64,000 bases of DNA from Chrysomallon squamiferum (GCA_012295275.1 CM022677.1:15686001-15750000), one strand, 5' to 3'. Counted from the first letter of the stretch, positions 42,912 to 57,110 are shown. A program made the numbers and translations. The notes: a model not told the origin generated them from the sequence alone.

Positions 42912-45900
42912 TAGATATAGTTATAAACAGACAGACAGATAGAGGATAGATAGGTAAATGGATATAGTGATGAATTAATGGTTAGCTAGACAGGTAATAA
43001 GATTAAGCTACACCACAGGTTGATCAACAAACAGACAGATACATAGATAGACAAATAGCCAGAGAAATTGATGATGAAATAAAACAAATATATAGATAGA
43101 CAGATAGATAGATAGAAACATGCAGGTAAGTAAGGCTGAGTTATTTGGAGAGTGAGAGAGAAAGAAAGCCAGAGCGAGATATTTAATATGTCATAACTTA
43201 TTCTTAAGTACATACACTTCTGTCTATGCTCTGTTGGCCTGTCTGTCAATCTGTATATAGAAAGAGCTTTCAAAATAATGTATCTTCAGTAACTATATGT
43301 GTATGTGGGTATTTCTATTTATCTATCATAATCTATCTATCTGTCTATCTATCTAACCAAAATAATGTTATTATATTAATGTACTAATTAGCCATTCCCT
43401 TTGGAAATGTTGCCACACATACACCACGGTGTGGTTTAGTACACATAGGGATGTTAGTAATGGTTAGTATTTGGTTAAAGGTTAGTATTTGGTTAATGAT
43501 TAGTATTTTCTTAATGGTTAGTCTCTTTCTCTTGCTCTATCTTTCTCTTGCTCTCTATCTCTTTCTCTTTTCTCTCTTTCTCTCTCTGTCTATCTGTGTC
43601 TCTCTGTGTGACTCTCTCGGTCTCTGTGTCTATCTCTCTCTGTCTCTCTTTCCCTCTCACTGTCTCTCTCTTTTCTCTCTTTCTCTCTCTGTCTATCTCT
43701 GTCTCTCTCTTCCACTCTCTGACTCTGTCTCTCTCTTCCACTCTTTCTGTCTTTCCACTCTATGACTGTCTCTCTCAGTCTATCTCTATCGGTCTCTCTC
43801 TCTCTCTCTCTCTCTGAATCTCTCTTTCTCCCTCTCTCTCTCTCTCTCTGTCTCTCTCTGAATCTCTCTCTGTCTCTATCTGTCTCTGAATCTCTCTTTT
43901 TCTCCCTGCTATATCGCTATCTCTCTCTTTCTCTCTCTGACTCCGTATTTCTGTCTCTCTGTCTCTCTCTCTCTATCTGACTCTCTCCCCTGTCTCCATC
44001 TATCTGTCTCTATCTTTATCTCGCTGTCTCTCTCATTGTCTTTTTCTCTCTGTCTCTCTGACACTCTGTGTCTCTGTCTCTTTTTTCTCTCTCTCTATCT
44101 GTCTGTCTCTGTCTGTATCTCTCTCCATGTTTTTTTTTCTCTCTGTCTTTTTCTCTCTAACTCTCTCTGTAACTCGCTTTCTTCTCTCCACACAAACGTA
44201 TCAATTCTGCCTAAAAGCAAAACTAACCAACAGCAAAAGCAACAGCTATAACACCAATATTAGCAATAATAACAATAATAAAAATAGTAATAATTATGTA
44301 CCACAGTAAAAACAATAACAGTGTTAGCAATAATATCAACAACAAAAATAAAAACAAACAAAAAATGAAAGAAAGATCACACACACACACAAAACACACT
44401 TAATTACACTTTTAAACACCTGAAATGATGTTACATTCCACGCTCTAGAAATCACTATATCTGTGAAATTTAAAGGTGTCAGTATCAAATGGCAGAAAAA
44501 CAGCATTTATATGTAATTGAAATTTTTATGCTACATTTATACAGTGAAATGAAATTTTCATGAAAATGTACAATCTTAGTCGTAGTGAAACCCAAATCTC
44601 TCTTTCTCTAATTATAATAAATAATATATACAAATTTTCATGTATCAAAATGGAATGTCGTAATAAATTTAAATTCTTATTTTTATTTTGAATAGTATGA
44701 ATGAATAAATATTAAGTTTTTAGTAAAGAAACATTTTAAATATATGAAATAAACTAAGAATGCACAAATAGAGATACTACTACTACTAATAATAATAATA
44801 ATAATTAGTCAATTTCATAGACAAAGTAGTCTAACGGAAATAACTGTTGTCCATTAATAATAGGAATGAATATAACGATGATAATGGATAACAACATTAA
44901 CAACAACAGAACAGATTTTGAAAAAGGAAATAACAAAAATAATGTTGTATTTTGTAATTTAGATTTCTGTTTCATTTAATTCATTTAGTTAAGTGCTAAA
45001 GAAATGATATGAAATTAAATTTTAAGAATATATATTAAATTATTAAATAATTGTTTGATAATAATATTAAACGAAAAATAACAAATAGTGGCATAATGAA
45101 TCAATAATAACAATTTTATTACATTAAATATTTTCACAAACTTTGATGAATCTTCTATTCACATATTTCCACAAATTGATTTCATATCAAGCAATTCTGA
45201 TAAACCCTTTTTTACTGTAAGAAAGGGGAGATAACTCCATCCGAGAAAGTATTCGTTTTTATATTAAAGGGAAATAACTATTTGTGAATATATTCGCTGC
45301 TAACTATTATTAAGAACTATTTTATTCAATATAACAAATATTCATTTCTTTCTCCTTTTACCATCGGACAAAACTATACTGTAGAACACAATTCTTGCAT
45401 TTTTAAGTTTCCACTATCCTTATCATATTTCAAGTTCAGAGTTGTATCAAAATATAAATTTTCTTTTTGTAAATTTTAGATTTCAACACATTAGATATTT
45501 TCAGCATTGAATTATTATTATTAATATAAAAAAAAAAAGATGTTATTTACCTTTTATATATTGATATATTAATCTAACAAAGAATATCCTATAAATATTT
45601 CCATCTGCTCTATAATTTTAATGTAAAAAGCATTCATTATTTAAAATGCTTATCAAATGATTAAACAGTGTCCACTAATTAAATTCAATTAAATTATTGG
45701 ATTCCATTGGTTGAAAATATACCTGAACATTAATCACAAGCGAATATATTCCTATATAGAGTTATCTACCCTTGTAAGTGTTTATACTTTGATTATTCAG
45801 ATAGGGGAGATAACTCCATCCCAGAATTTATTCGTTTTCATATTAAAGGGACATAACTCTATTTATGAATATATTAACATATAGTTATCTCCCTTAACGT

Positions 45901-47877
45901 GAAACCAAATATCCTCTCGGATAGAGTTATGTCCCCTTTGGTACATTTTTCTCCTTGATTATTCAGGTTAAAACGAACATATTCCTATATAGATTTATCT
46001 CCCTTTAACATGAAAACGAATAACCTCTCGGACAGTTATGTCCCCTTCGTTACATTTTTCTCCTTGATTATTCAGGTTAAAACGAATATATTCCTATATA
46101 GATTTCTCTCCCTTTAACATGAAAACGAATAACCTCTCGGATAGTTATCTCCCCATTGTTACATTTTTCTCCTTGATTATTCAGGTTAAAACGAATATAT
46201 TTCTATATCGATTTCTCTCCCTTTAACATGAAAACGAATAACCTACCGGATAGTTATCTCCCCTTTGTTACATTTTTCTCTTCATTATTCAGGTTAAAAC
46301 GAACATATTGCTATGTAGAGTTATCTGATAAAGGGAAATAACTCTATTTGTGAATATATTCGCTGGTAACTATTATTAAGACATTTCTTATTCGATATAG
46401 AAGTTTGTAACAGCAGAACAATACCAAAAAAAATAGTTTAAAAAATAAAAACGCATGGCACCTACCCCCCTGCCCTAGTATCCCACCCTCACAGCTTGTT
46501 AAGGTACTGAACCAAGTTCAAACTTTAATGTTTCTTGTAAGCATGTTCATATGTGTGAGATCGTAGGATTGAATCTCGGCGTTTTTGGAGACACCAGCAG
46601 TACTTTCCGATTCCAGATTCATCTACGAAATATTGTGAAAACATCACTTTCTTTATATATAACATGGGTCATACCCCGTGATGTGTCACCAGAGGTGGGA
46701 GGAGTTTACTCGGCGAAGTAATGGCTATATTGATTACAGTTTAGTGATATGTGCTCACAAACATATTAGGTCCCTTACGTGAGATGTACTCAGTAAACAA
46801 AGTGAAAATAGTATCGATTACAGTTATCTCCCTTACATGATATGTACTCGCTAAATAAAGTAAAAATTATATCGATTAGAGTTATCTCCCTTTATTGATA
46901 TGTGCTCGCAACTTTAGCCTTACGTGAGATGTACTCACTAATCTTACGTACGCTAATTATCCATATGGGATAAATGCCGGGGACTAGGGCAGGGGGCGGA
47001 TAGATAAAAATAGAACACGTTTCCCTGGCAGTCAGCCCGTGCTTCCGGGGTAGGGCGGGAGGGCATGTGTTCAACTCACCTTTTCTGTCCGGGACACTAA
47101 GCTCACCCGTTTTTATCCTATCCACCCCCCTGCCCTAGTCACCCACACACCGACTGTCTGTCCTGCATATGGATGGAGCTACTGATAAACACAGGCTGAA
47201 GTTTGTAGGGGCTTTTAAGATTAAACTGGTAATTAAATATTTAAAAAAAAGTAATATTGTTTTTGTTTACTGACTGAAAATATAGAAACTTATCTAGTGA
47301 TCATATATTGCAATTACTGATAGTGACTTCAGGATCTATCCGATCTATCAATCTATCCGTGCATACACGTGCATACACATACATATACATGCACGCATGC
47401 ACTTGCACACTGTCTGATAGAGGTAAGCTTCTGAAAATCGACTGAATATTGACGAGTATAAATAAAATATATATGAATCCATGATGAGTGTTTACATTGG
47501 TGTGTGTTGGTGCACACATTTGCATACAACAAACACATAAATTAAGCTATGCATTTCTTTATTTTTTATTGGTTTTTCATCCATTTTCCAATCCAGTGCC
47601 TCCTGCAAGCATTATTAGAGATTTTAAAAATGATTTAAATAATTACATATATTTATCTTGTCAATCAATTTATATTTGTTAAACAGTTTACACAAATACT
47701 TTGAGGTGTAAATAATGTTTATCAATATTCTCACTTCAACAGACAAGTTAGTTGCCCTCAAAAAGAAAATGGTGATTTGGGAAAAAGAAATCACTGTCAA
47801 CCTTTATATGTTCATTTTATTGCGTTCTACCTGCATTAGAGAAGTGATCCCTATTGTGTTTACTCATCTGACAGCCC
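38886..47877 (+). repeat. ~9.0-kb near-identical direct duplicate, copy 2 (starts at the gap)
   Basis: Collinear with 29543-38685. It continues without a break into the rest of the hAT transposase after ...CTCATCTGACAGCCC. Confidence 0.97.
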
Positions 47878-48471
47878 TGGACGAAAGCATCAACAATAAA
47901 TTTCCGGCATTAAAGACAGAAAAGTATGATTGGATTAGAGATCCTTTCATAAATCATTCTTCCAACATTGAACTTGAGTTACAGGAAGAAGAATTGGCCG
48001 CCCGTTCTAAATTAAAACATTCAACCATTGATTCATTTTGGATTTCAATACAAGAGGTGTATCCCATATTATGTAAAAGAGTTTTAGCAATTTTATTACA
48101 ATTTTCAACTTCTTATATATGTGAATTAGGCAACATCAAAAACACGAAGCACGAGATATTACTACAACGAAAGCAGAAATGAGGGTGTGACTGTCTCATA
48201 TTCGACCAAACACTGAGGAAATTATGAAAAAAAGCCAGGCACAAATTTCTCACTAAAAAGCCAGCTATTTGACTGATAACATTCGAAATAGTGCAATAAA
48301 GTATAGCTGTGTTTTTCTTTATTTAGAGTTATTCTATGTTTGTATGACTAGTCTGTGTGTACGGTTGTATGCCGTCTATGACTTGCCATGTTTTTAATTT
48401 GCAAAATTCAAATATTTTTCATATATATTTAGCCAGGTGTGCCGTTGGCAAAAAATGATTGAGAACCACTG
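47640..48471 (+). mobile_element. hAT (Charlie/Buster-type) transposon 3' relic: transposase C-terminus plus right TIR
   Basis: NILTSTDKLVALKKKMVIW...NLYMF...HLTALDESINNKFP...YDWIRDPF...DSFWISIQEVYPILCKRVLAILLQFSTSYICELG, then EMRV*LSHIRPNTEEIMKKSQAQISH* (ZBED8/FAM200-like dimerisation domain). It ends TTGAGAACCACTG at 48471, the reverse complement of CAGTGGTTCTCAA. A gap-truncated copy lies at ~38450-38685. Confidence 0.9.
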
Positions 48472-48624
48472 CATTAATTCATAGATAATTTTGCATATCT
48501 GATCAATAACCTGTCTTAAAGATATTTAAGAATATTTAATATTCAAGCGCAATTGAAGAATATTTAATTCATTTTTGATATATATTTTTTTATATTTATT
48601 TATTCTTTAATTTCACGCTTATAG

Positions 48625-48786
48625 TTGATGGTGCCTGGTCTTCATGGACACTTCAGAGACTGGGTAGTGGTAGTGAAACATGTGGTAGAGGCACTAGAAT
48701 AAGATTTGAGATACAACAACATAAACAACAAAAACATTCAGTTGTTAATGATTTAGTGGAACTTTATGGCTAATGAATTACATTAG
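48625..48786 (+). pseudogene. Orphan degenerate thrombospondin type-1 repeat exon
   Basis: 162-nt phase 1/1 exon (ttatag...gtatat) reading (V)DGAWSSWTLQRLGSGSETCGRGTRIR..., with the TSP1 WSxW...CSxTCGxGxRxR pattern. The first Cys is replaced by Gly and there are stops near the end. Confidence 0.65.
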
Positions 48787-48865
48787 GTATATTGATAACC
48801 ACAACAGTAAAGCATTAAACAGAACATTTCTAAAGTTATAAAGTATGTTTTATATTCCATTTATA

Positions 48866-51800
48866 TAACAGTGACAGATTAGTCGTAATATCAGTAGTAT
48901 GGCTGAAATAACAGTGACATATTAGTAGTAATATCAGTAATATTTCTGAAGTAGCAGTCACAGATTAGTGGTAATATTAGTAGTATGGCTGATGTAACAG
49001 TGATAGATTAGTAATAATAGCGTAGTATTGCTGAAGTAACTGATAGATTAGTAATAATAGCAGTGGTATTGCTGAACTAAAAGTGATTAGTAGTAATACC
49101 AGTAGTATCGCTGAATAACAATGGAAACAATAGCAGTAGTATCGCTGAAGTAACAGTGATAGATTACTAGTAATAGCAGTAATATTGCTGAAGTAGCAGT
49201 GAAAGATTAGTAATAATAGCAGTGGTATTGCTGAACTAAAAGTGATTAGTAGTAATATCAGTAGTATCGCTGAATAACAATGGTAGGTTAGAAACAATAG
49301 CAGTAGTATCGCTGAAGTAACAGTGATAGATTACTAGTAATAGCAGTAATATTTCTGAAGTAACAGTGAAAGGTTAGTAATAATAGCAGTGGTATTGCTG
49401 AACTAAAAGTGATTAGTAATAATACAGTAGTATCGCTGAAGTAACTGACAGATTAGTAATAATAGCAGTAGTATCGCTGAAGTAGCAGTAAAAGTGATTA
49501 GTAGTAATACAGTAGTATAGCTGAAGTAAGTGATAGATTAGTAGTAATAGCAGTAATATTTCTGAAGTAACAGTGAAATATTAGTGGTAATATTAGTAGT
49601 ATGGCTGATGTAACAGTGATAGATTAGTAATAATAGCGTAGTATTGCTGAAGTAACTGATAGATTAGTAATAATAGCAGTGGTATTGCTGAACTAAAAGT
49701 GATTAGTAGTAATATCAGTAGTATCGCTGAATAACAATGGTAGATTAGAAACAATAGCAGTAGTATCGCTGAAGTAACAGTGATAGATTACTAGTAATAG
49801 CAGTAATATTGCTGAAGTAGCAGTGAAAGATTAGTAATAATAGCAGTGGTATTGCTGAACTAAAAGTTATTAGTAGTAATATCAGTAGTATCGCTGAATA
49901 ACAATGGTAGGTTAGAAACAATAGCAGTAGTATCGCTGAAGTAACAGTGATAGATTACTAGTAATAGCAGTAATATTTCTGAAGTAACAGTGAAAGATTA
50001 GTAATAATAGCAGTGGTATTGCTGAACTAAAAGTGATTAGTAATAATACAGTAGTATCGCTGAAGTAACTGATAGATTAGTAATAATAGCAGAAGTATCG
50101 CTGAAGTAGCAGTAAAAGTGATTAGTAGTAATACAGTAGTATCGCTGAAGTAAGTGATAGATTAGTAGTAATAGCAGTAATATTTCTGAAGTACAGTGAA
50201 AGATTAGTGGTAATATTAGTAGTATGGCTGATGTAACAGTGATAGATTAGTAATAATAGCGTAGTATTGCTGAAGTAACTGATAGATTAGTAATAATAGC
50301 AGTGGTATTGCTGAACTAAAAGTGATTAGTAGTAATATCAGTAGTATCGCTGAATAACAATGGTAGGTTAGAAACAATAGCAGTAGTATCGCTGAAGTAA
50401 CAGTGATAGATTACTAGTAATAGCAGTAATATTTCTGAAGTAACAGTGAAAGATTAGTAATAATAGCAGTGGTATTGCTGAACTAAAAGTGATTAGTAAT
50501 AATACAGTAGTATCGCTGAAGTAACTGATAGATTAGTAATAATAGCAGAAGTATCGCTGAAGTAGCAGTAAAAGTGATTAGTAGTAATACAGTAGTATAG
50601 CTGAAGTAAGTGATAGATTAGTAGTAATAGCAGTAATATTTCTGAAGTAACAGTGAAATATTAGTGGTAATATTAGTAGTATGGCTGATGTACAGTGATA
50701 GATTAGTAATAATAGCGTAGTATTGCTGAAGTAACTGATAGATTAGTAATAATAGCAGTGGTATTGCTGAACTAAAAGTGATTAGTAGTAATATCAGTAG
50801 TATCGCTGAATAACAATGGTAGATTAGAAACAATAGCAGTAGTATCGCTGAAGTAACAGTGATAGATTACTAGTAATAGCAGTAATATTGCTGAAGTAGC
50901 AGTGAAAGATTAGTAATAATAGCAGTGGTATTGCTGAACTAAAAGTTATTAGTAGTAATATCAGTAGTATCGCTGAATAACAATGGTAGGTTAGAAACAA
51001 TAGCAGTAGTATCGCTGAAGTAACAGTGATAGATTACTAGTAATAGCAGTAATATTTCTGAAGTAACAGTGAAAGATTAGTAATAATAGCAGTGGTATTG
51101 CTGAACTAAAAGTGATTAGTAATAATACAGTAGTATCGCTGAAGTAACTGATAGATTAGTAATAATAGCAGAAGTATCGCTGAAGTAGCAGTAAAAGTGA
51201 TTAGTAGTAATACAGTAGTATCGCTGAAGTAAGTGATAGATTAGTAGTAATAGCAGTAATATTTCTGAAGTAACAGTGAAAGATTAGTGGTAATATTAGT
51301 AGTATGGCTGATGTAACAGTGATAGATTAGTAATAATAGCGTAGTATTGCTGAAGTAACTGATAGATTAGTAATAATAGCAGTGGTATTGCTGAACTAAA
51401 AGTGATTAGTAGTAATATCAGTAGTATCGCTGAATAACAATGGTAGGTTAGAAACAATAGCAGTAGTATCGCTGAAGTAACAGTGATAGATTACTAGTAA
51501 TAGCAGTAATATTTCTGAAGTAACAGTGAAAGATTAGTAATAATAGCAGTGGTATTGCTGAACTAAATGTGATTAGTAATAATACAGTAGTATCGCTGAA
51601 GTAACAGTGATAGATTAGTAATAATAGCAGTAGTATCGCTGAAGTAGCAGTAAAAGTGATTAGTAGTAATACAGTAGTATCGCTGAAGTAAGTGATAGAT
51701 TACTAGTAATAGCAGTAATATTGCTGAAGTAGCAGTGAAAGATTAGTAATAATAGCAGTGGTATTGCTGAACTAAAAGTTATTAGTAGTAATATCAGTAG

Positions 51801-52541
51801 TATCGCTGAATAACAATGGTAGGTTAGAAACAATAGCAGTAGTATCGCTGAAGTAACAGTGATAGATTACTAGTAATAGCAGTAATATTTCTGAAGTAAC
51901 AGTGAAAGATTAGTAATAATAGCAGTGGTATTGCTGAACTAAATGTGATTAGTAATAATACAGTAGTATCGCTGAAGTAACAATGATAGATTAGTAATAA
52001 TAGCAGTATTATCGCTGAAGTAGCAGTAAAAGTGATTAGTAGTAATACAGTAGTATCGCTGAAGTAAGTGATAGATTAGTAGTAATAGCAGTAATATTTC
52101 TGAAGTAACAGTGAAAGATTAGTGGTAATATTAGTAGTATGGCTGATGTAACAGTGATAGATTAGTAATAATAGCGTAGTATTGCTGAAGTAACTGATAG
52201 ATTAGTAATAATAGCAGTGGTATTGCTGAACTAAAAGTGATTAGTAGTAATATCAGTAGTATCGCTGAATAACAATGGTAGGTTAGAAACAATAGCAGTA
52301 GTACCGCTGAAGTAACAGTGATAGATTACTAGTAATAGCAGTAATATTTCTGAAGTAACAGTGAAAGATTAGTAATAATAGCAGTGGTATTGCTGAACTA
52401 AATGTGATTAGTAATAATACAGTAGTATCGCTGAAGTAGCAGTAAAAGTGATTAGTAGTAATACAGTAGTATCGCTGAAGTAAGTGATAGATTAGTAGTA
52501 ATAGCAGTAATATTGCTGAAGTAACAGTGGCAGATTAGTAG
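48866..52541. repeat. 3.7-kb satellite array of ~41-43-bp monomers with higher-order structure
   Basis: Monomer GATTAGTA(A/G)TAATAGCAGTAGTATCGCTGAAGTAACAGTGATA. Diagnostic variants (ATGGCTGATG, GAACTAAAAGTG, GAATAACAATGG) recur in a fixed order. Confidence 0.97.
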
Positions 52542-52609
52542 TTTTGAGAGATTTATAGATATAAAAAAAGGATACCATGTAAACTGTTTTTGAAATGTTT
52601 TAAATATAT

Positions 52610-52915
52610 TTATAAATGCATTGTTCTAGAAGTGTATTTCTGTACAATCCCGAATGCTTCTGTATCCAACCGGACAAAGCACTCGCTTATACAGATTAAA
52701 TAAATTCTAATGAAATTAGAAAATGAACAAACAGGAATAAAAAGAAGCCCATAAACATAAATCAGAATAGTGACATATATAATATTGGGCTCATAACTAG
52801 GATGCCACCAAACGATTTTTGTTCTGGTGAAATTATTTAAAATATGTTTGTATAGCGGTGATCTCTCAATGTTTGACATAGGCATGGTTTATTTTAGATA
52901 CGTCTTTGAATGCAA
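52610..52915 (-). mobile_element. Possible CR1/L2-type LINE 3' end relic
   Basis: The frame ends DTEAFGIVQKYTSRTMHL*, resembling the N..IF.AVQ.YI..T.RF* terminus of invertebrate CR1-group ORF2. Otherwise highly degenerate. Confidence 0.3.
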
Positions 52916-53314
52916 AAGAACCAATTAATACATTTTAGCTTTTAAAAATACGTTAGTGAGTTTTCAGCAGAGTATCTTAGATACACCTGTCTTATTAGTT
53001 CATGTTTGTCTTTTAGAACGAATTCATACAAGAAAACTAAAACGAAATGTAAATTAAAAACGACGTTAAAATAATCTTTTAAATTGTTTTAGAACTCGTA
53101 AAAATAACAATTCAGAAATATGTTTTAAATTTTGTTGTAAAAGAAAGTAATAGTAAATGATAATTGATATGAAAGACGTATAAAGATAATAAAATGATGA
53201 CAGTTCGATTTAAACATATAAATAATATTTACATTATGAAAATTTTTATATTCAGTGTTGCTACAACGACATATTGTTTTCATCTACATCCAGTGGTTAT
53301 TAATTATAAAGGTT

Positions 53315-53355
<41 letters not shown>

Positions 53356-56138
53356 AACTTTTCTACCCAGTGTTCTACACTTGAAAAGTTTTAATATGTT
53401 CTTATCTTTGTTTGTGCACGATGTATACTGCAGTCAGATTAGCTTTTTGGTTTTGGGGGTTGTTTGTTTTGTTTGGGTCAGTTTTTATATATTTTAATAA
53501 AAATGTAAATTTTAAACGTTTATTTCACAGTGACCATTCTAATAAAGCAGAACAAGGAATATTTGTAAGTTAGTTTTTTAAATTAATTTGTTCCTGTGTG
53601 TTTTATGACAGCATTGACTGTCTGAGCACATTTCCCTAGTCACCTCCTTTACTCCTTTTTATCTTTATAGACGCTAACACAATAGAAATATGCTGTAATA
53701 AAATCGTTTATCATTGTTAATCTTCATGTATTTAGTCATTTCATATCCTAACAACATAAATGTGTTTGTCTTGACTTATTATTTCATTACATTGTGTCAC
53801 TTTTCAGTTGATTCACTTTAATCACTCTTTAATACAGTTTTAAACACACACGCATACACATTAATATTATTAATCAAAAGAAATGTTACCACAGTACAAT
53901 TGAAATTTCACAAATATATTGAAACATATTAACTTTCATACGTTTTTATTTAACATTTCAGCGCGCCAGGAAAAGACACCCGAAAAAAGCAAAAAACATT
54001 TCAAGAAAGTAATATTCTACCATTACCTGTATATAATAAAGAAATCAACTCTTCGTGATTCTTAGAATCTACATTTAACTGAGAAAACCATTAATAACAA
54101 ACACCGCAAATAAAAGTAGAAATCCAGCCTCCCCCCGAAATAAAAAATTATATGAGAGTAATCTCCCTTCAGCTATAGTTTGTTTCTTTCTTCTGTTTGT
54201 GGGGTTTTCGGTGTACGTCACTGCACACCACAGAAAATCGCTGATAACGAAACGTCGTATATAGCCGTATAATGAGTAATAAATGTAAATGTGTAGGTAC
54301 GTTCCAGGAATATCAATATACCGTATCTATTAATATGTGATAAATAACTAAAATATAAACAATAAAGATAAATACAGTGGACGCTGTCAAAATCGGATGA
54401 TTTCATTGAGACCAGCGTGATATACCGTTTTAGACAGAGTGCAGATTTCTAAAGACTAAAATAACATAAACCTGGAATCATGTCTCGAACTTATTTTGGA
54501 AGAAGAAAACTGGACAGCAGAATTTTTACTGAAACACGTGTTATCCAGACAGTCAACTACATGTCTGCACAGCCCGACTTGTCTTCACAAGTTTCACAAG
54601 AAAAATATAATTAAAAACACAGTCTATGATGTAATTATTGAAAATCACCTTCATCGTTCTTCTGCTTAGAAAAAGTATATTTCCTAAAATTCATATAACG
54701 CTTTGTCTGGAAGTAAAAAAAAATATCTTTTCTTCTATTACTACTACTGTCAGGAAGAGAGAGAGAGAGAACAAAATAATAAAGCGAAAACAAAAAATTA
54801 AGCCTTTTGTTAATAATATGAATCTGGAAATCTAACTCGCTATTTATCAACTCTACAGCTACTGCTGAAAATAGGGTACATAACTCTCTATTTCGCTGCA
54901 GCATATTATGTTCTGTTTTTGATTCATAGTTTTAGGATTTAGTTTTATCTGTAATAATAATGTGATTTTGTTTCTTGTATAATCTCTAATACAGTCAATA
55001 AAAAATGATGTTAATCCACAAGCGTGCGCAATAATTCTGATTATCCACTGATCTTCTATAAAACAAAATATTTATCTTGCGCATTCTGCGTTAGTAAATG
55101 TAAGTAATGTGTCAAGTTATAAAATCTCATATTATTATTCTATCCTTTTCTGACCTTTTCAAGTATAATCATACATTGGTAATTAAAAAAATAATAATAA
55201 TAAATCCAGAAGCCTATTTAATATGTTCAATATACACCTCTCACCAACATATGAAATTATAAAAATTATTTTTATTACTAATAGTAATATATATATAATA
55301 CAAATATAATGTATATATAAAAAGCCCTCACGTATCACCGGTAGTGGGAGTTTACTCCGCCAAGCAAAAATTACATCGATTAGAGTTATTTCCCTTTAGT
55401 GATATGTGTTCACAAACATAGTTTAGAGATATGTCCCTTACGTGAGATGTACTCACTAAGCAAAGTAAAAATTATATCGGTTATAGTTATCTCCCTTTAG
55501 TGATATGTGTTCACAAACATAGATTAGAGTTATGTCTCTTACGTGAAACATTTAATAATTAAAAAAATTATTTAATATTAGTTTTTATTATATAATAAAA
55601 TCTGTGACATGTCTCTGTCTCCCACACGCACACGCAGAACATGTGACTGTCCTCAGTAACGAACTGCCTCTGTTACCCTGCAGCAGCAACTGAGTCAAAA
55701 GTACTTGAGCGAAATCTCAAACAGTTTGAGGAGAGTTTTCAGAAACAGTTTCTGACTTACTTTTCATAACAACTGCAGAGAGGGGTAGATTATGAGGATT
55801 ACTATGCTGATGAGCGTCTTACAGGAGCAGCATTTACATCTTGTGATGGTGTCTCTCATCAGCTGTCATATTCACATCCCGCTCTGTGTCAATAAAAGGA
55901 GAACAAGTAAATGGAAGGGTAGAACTGATCACTGGATCAACATTCTCACGGTTTACAAAACTGGTTCTCATTATATGTTTAGGAAGATTTAATGCTGGGT
56001 TACGGCTATTACAGTGGGGTCTATGCTATATGTCGCTTGTGTTACATGTAGTGGATCTGTAGTGCTATATCTTTTGAATCCAATATCTGTCGACATTTTT
56101 CGCCAGGTCACCAAATGTGACCAAAGTTCCGTTTAGGC

Positions 56139-56338
56139 CAGGGGTTTTCAAACTGTGGTCCGCAAGTACAAGACAGGGGGTCCGTGGACAGCGAATACTT
56201 TTTATGGGCAGTTTGATTTTATATATGTTATTTTAAGCAAATATTTATTATAAATTTCATAAGCGTTTATAAGGGGGTCCCTAAGGTAAAGCCTGAAATA
56301 TAAAGGGGTCCGCAAGTCAAAAACTTTGAAAACCCCTG
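56139..56338. mobile_element. 200-bp hAT MITE with 8-bp target-site duplication
   Basis: Perfect 14-bp TIRs CAGGGGTTTTCAAA / TTTGAAAACCCCTG. TSD GTTTAGGC at 56131-56138 and 56339-56346. The paralogous empty site has a single GTTTAGGC at 11593-11600. Confidence 0.95.
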
Positions 56339-56799
56339 GTTTAGGCGACTGGGATGTTAAAAACATTAGTCGTGCAAAAAAAAAAAAAAGTTATAACAAA
56401 AGAGCCACTGTTAATAATTTTATTTCCATAAGTTCGATGTATTGGCTTACCGTATTTCCCAACATCTATTTATACACATTAATGCTAAAGTGAAGCTAGC
56501 TAACATTTCCAACCTTAACGTTATAGAGTTATCGGTTGGTTAACAAAACAGTTTATCACAGGCGATAACTCTATCAGCAAGAGTTTGCTATTGTTTTTCC
56601 TTATTAATTCAAGTATTAGTTCGTTAAAGTGAAGACAACGAACAAATCTAGCGAACTTTTAAACCGTCATGTTAAAGAATTATCGGTTGGTTAACGGAAT
56701 AAGTTATCATGGAAGATAACTCTATAACCATGTATTTGTTATGTTTTTCCTTTTCAATTCCAGTAGGGTTACTTACCAGGAATAAAAAAAAAAGAAGTT

Positions 56800-57110
56800 T
56801 GTTTGAAAATTTATTAACAGCTGATTTTAATAACTAGTACTCAGTTTTTCTGGCTATTTTAATTAATAAAGAATTTTGTTATTCCATTTTAGTTGTTGGC
56901 AAAACAAGGTAAGCCAATACATCGAGTTTACTGAACTATGAGCAAATCTGTTCACTGGAAAAATGTGGACACAGCTACAGTTTGGAGTTGTGTTTATTTT
57001 GTGTTTGAATTTCACTGAGTTTGGATTAGTTGAGTAGCTGATTCTGTGTTTGGTAAGGTTCTTCTGTAGTTTCTTACTAAAATTATTTTGGGATTTGAAG
57101 ATGAAAGGTG
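56800..57110 (-). mobile_element. Possible CR1/L2-type LINE ORF2 C-terminal relic
   Basis: KKLQKNLTKHRISYS...NSVKFKHKINTTPNCSCVHIF resembles the RLR...S.LN.H.F.....SP.CSC...H motif of non-LTR ORF2 C-termini. Confidence 0.4.
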
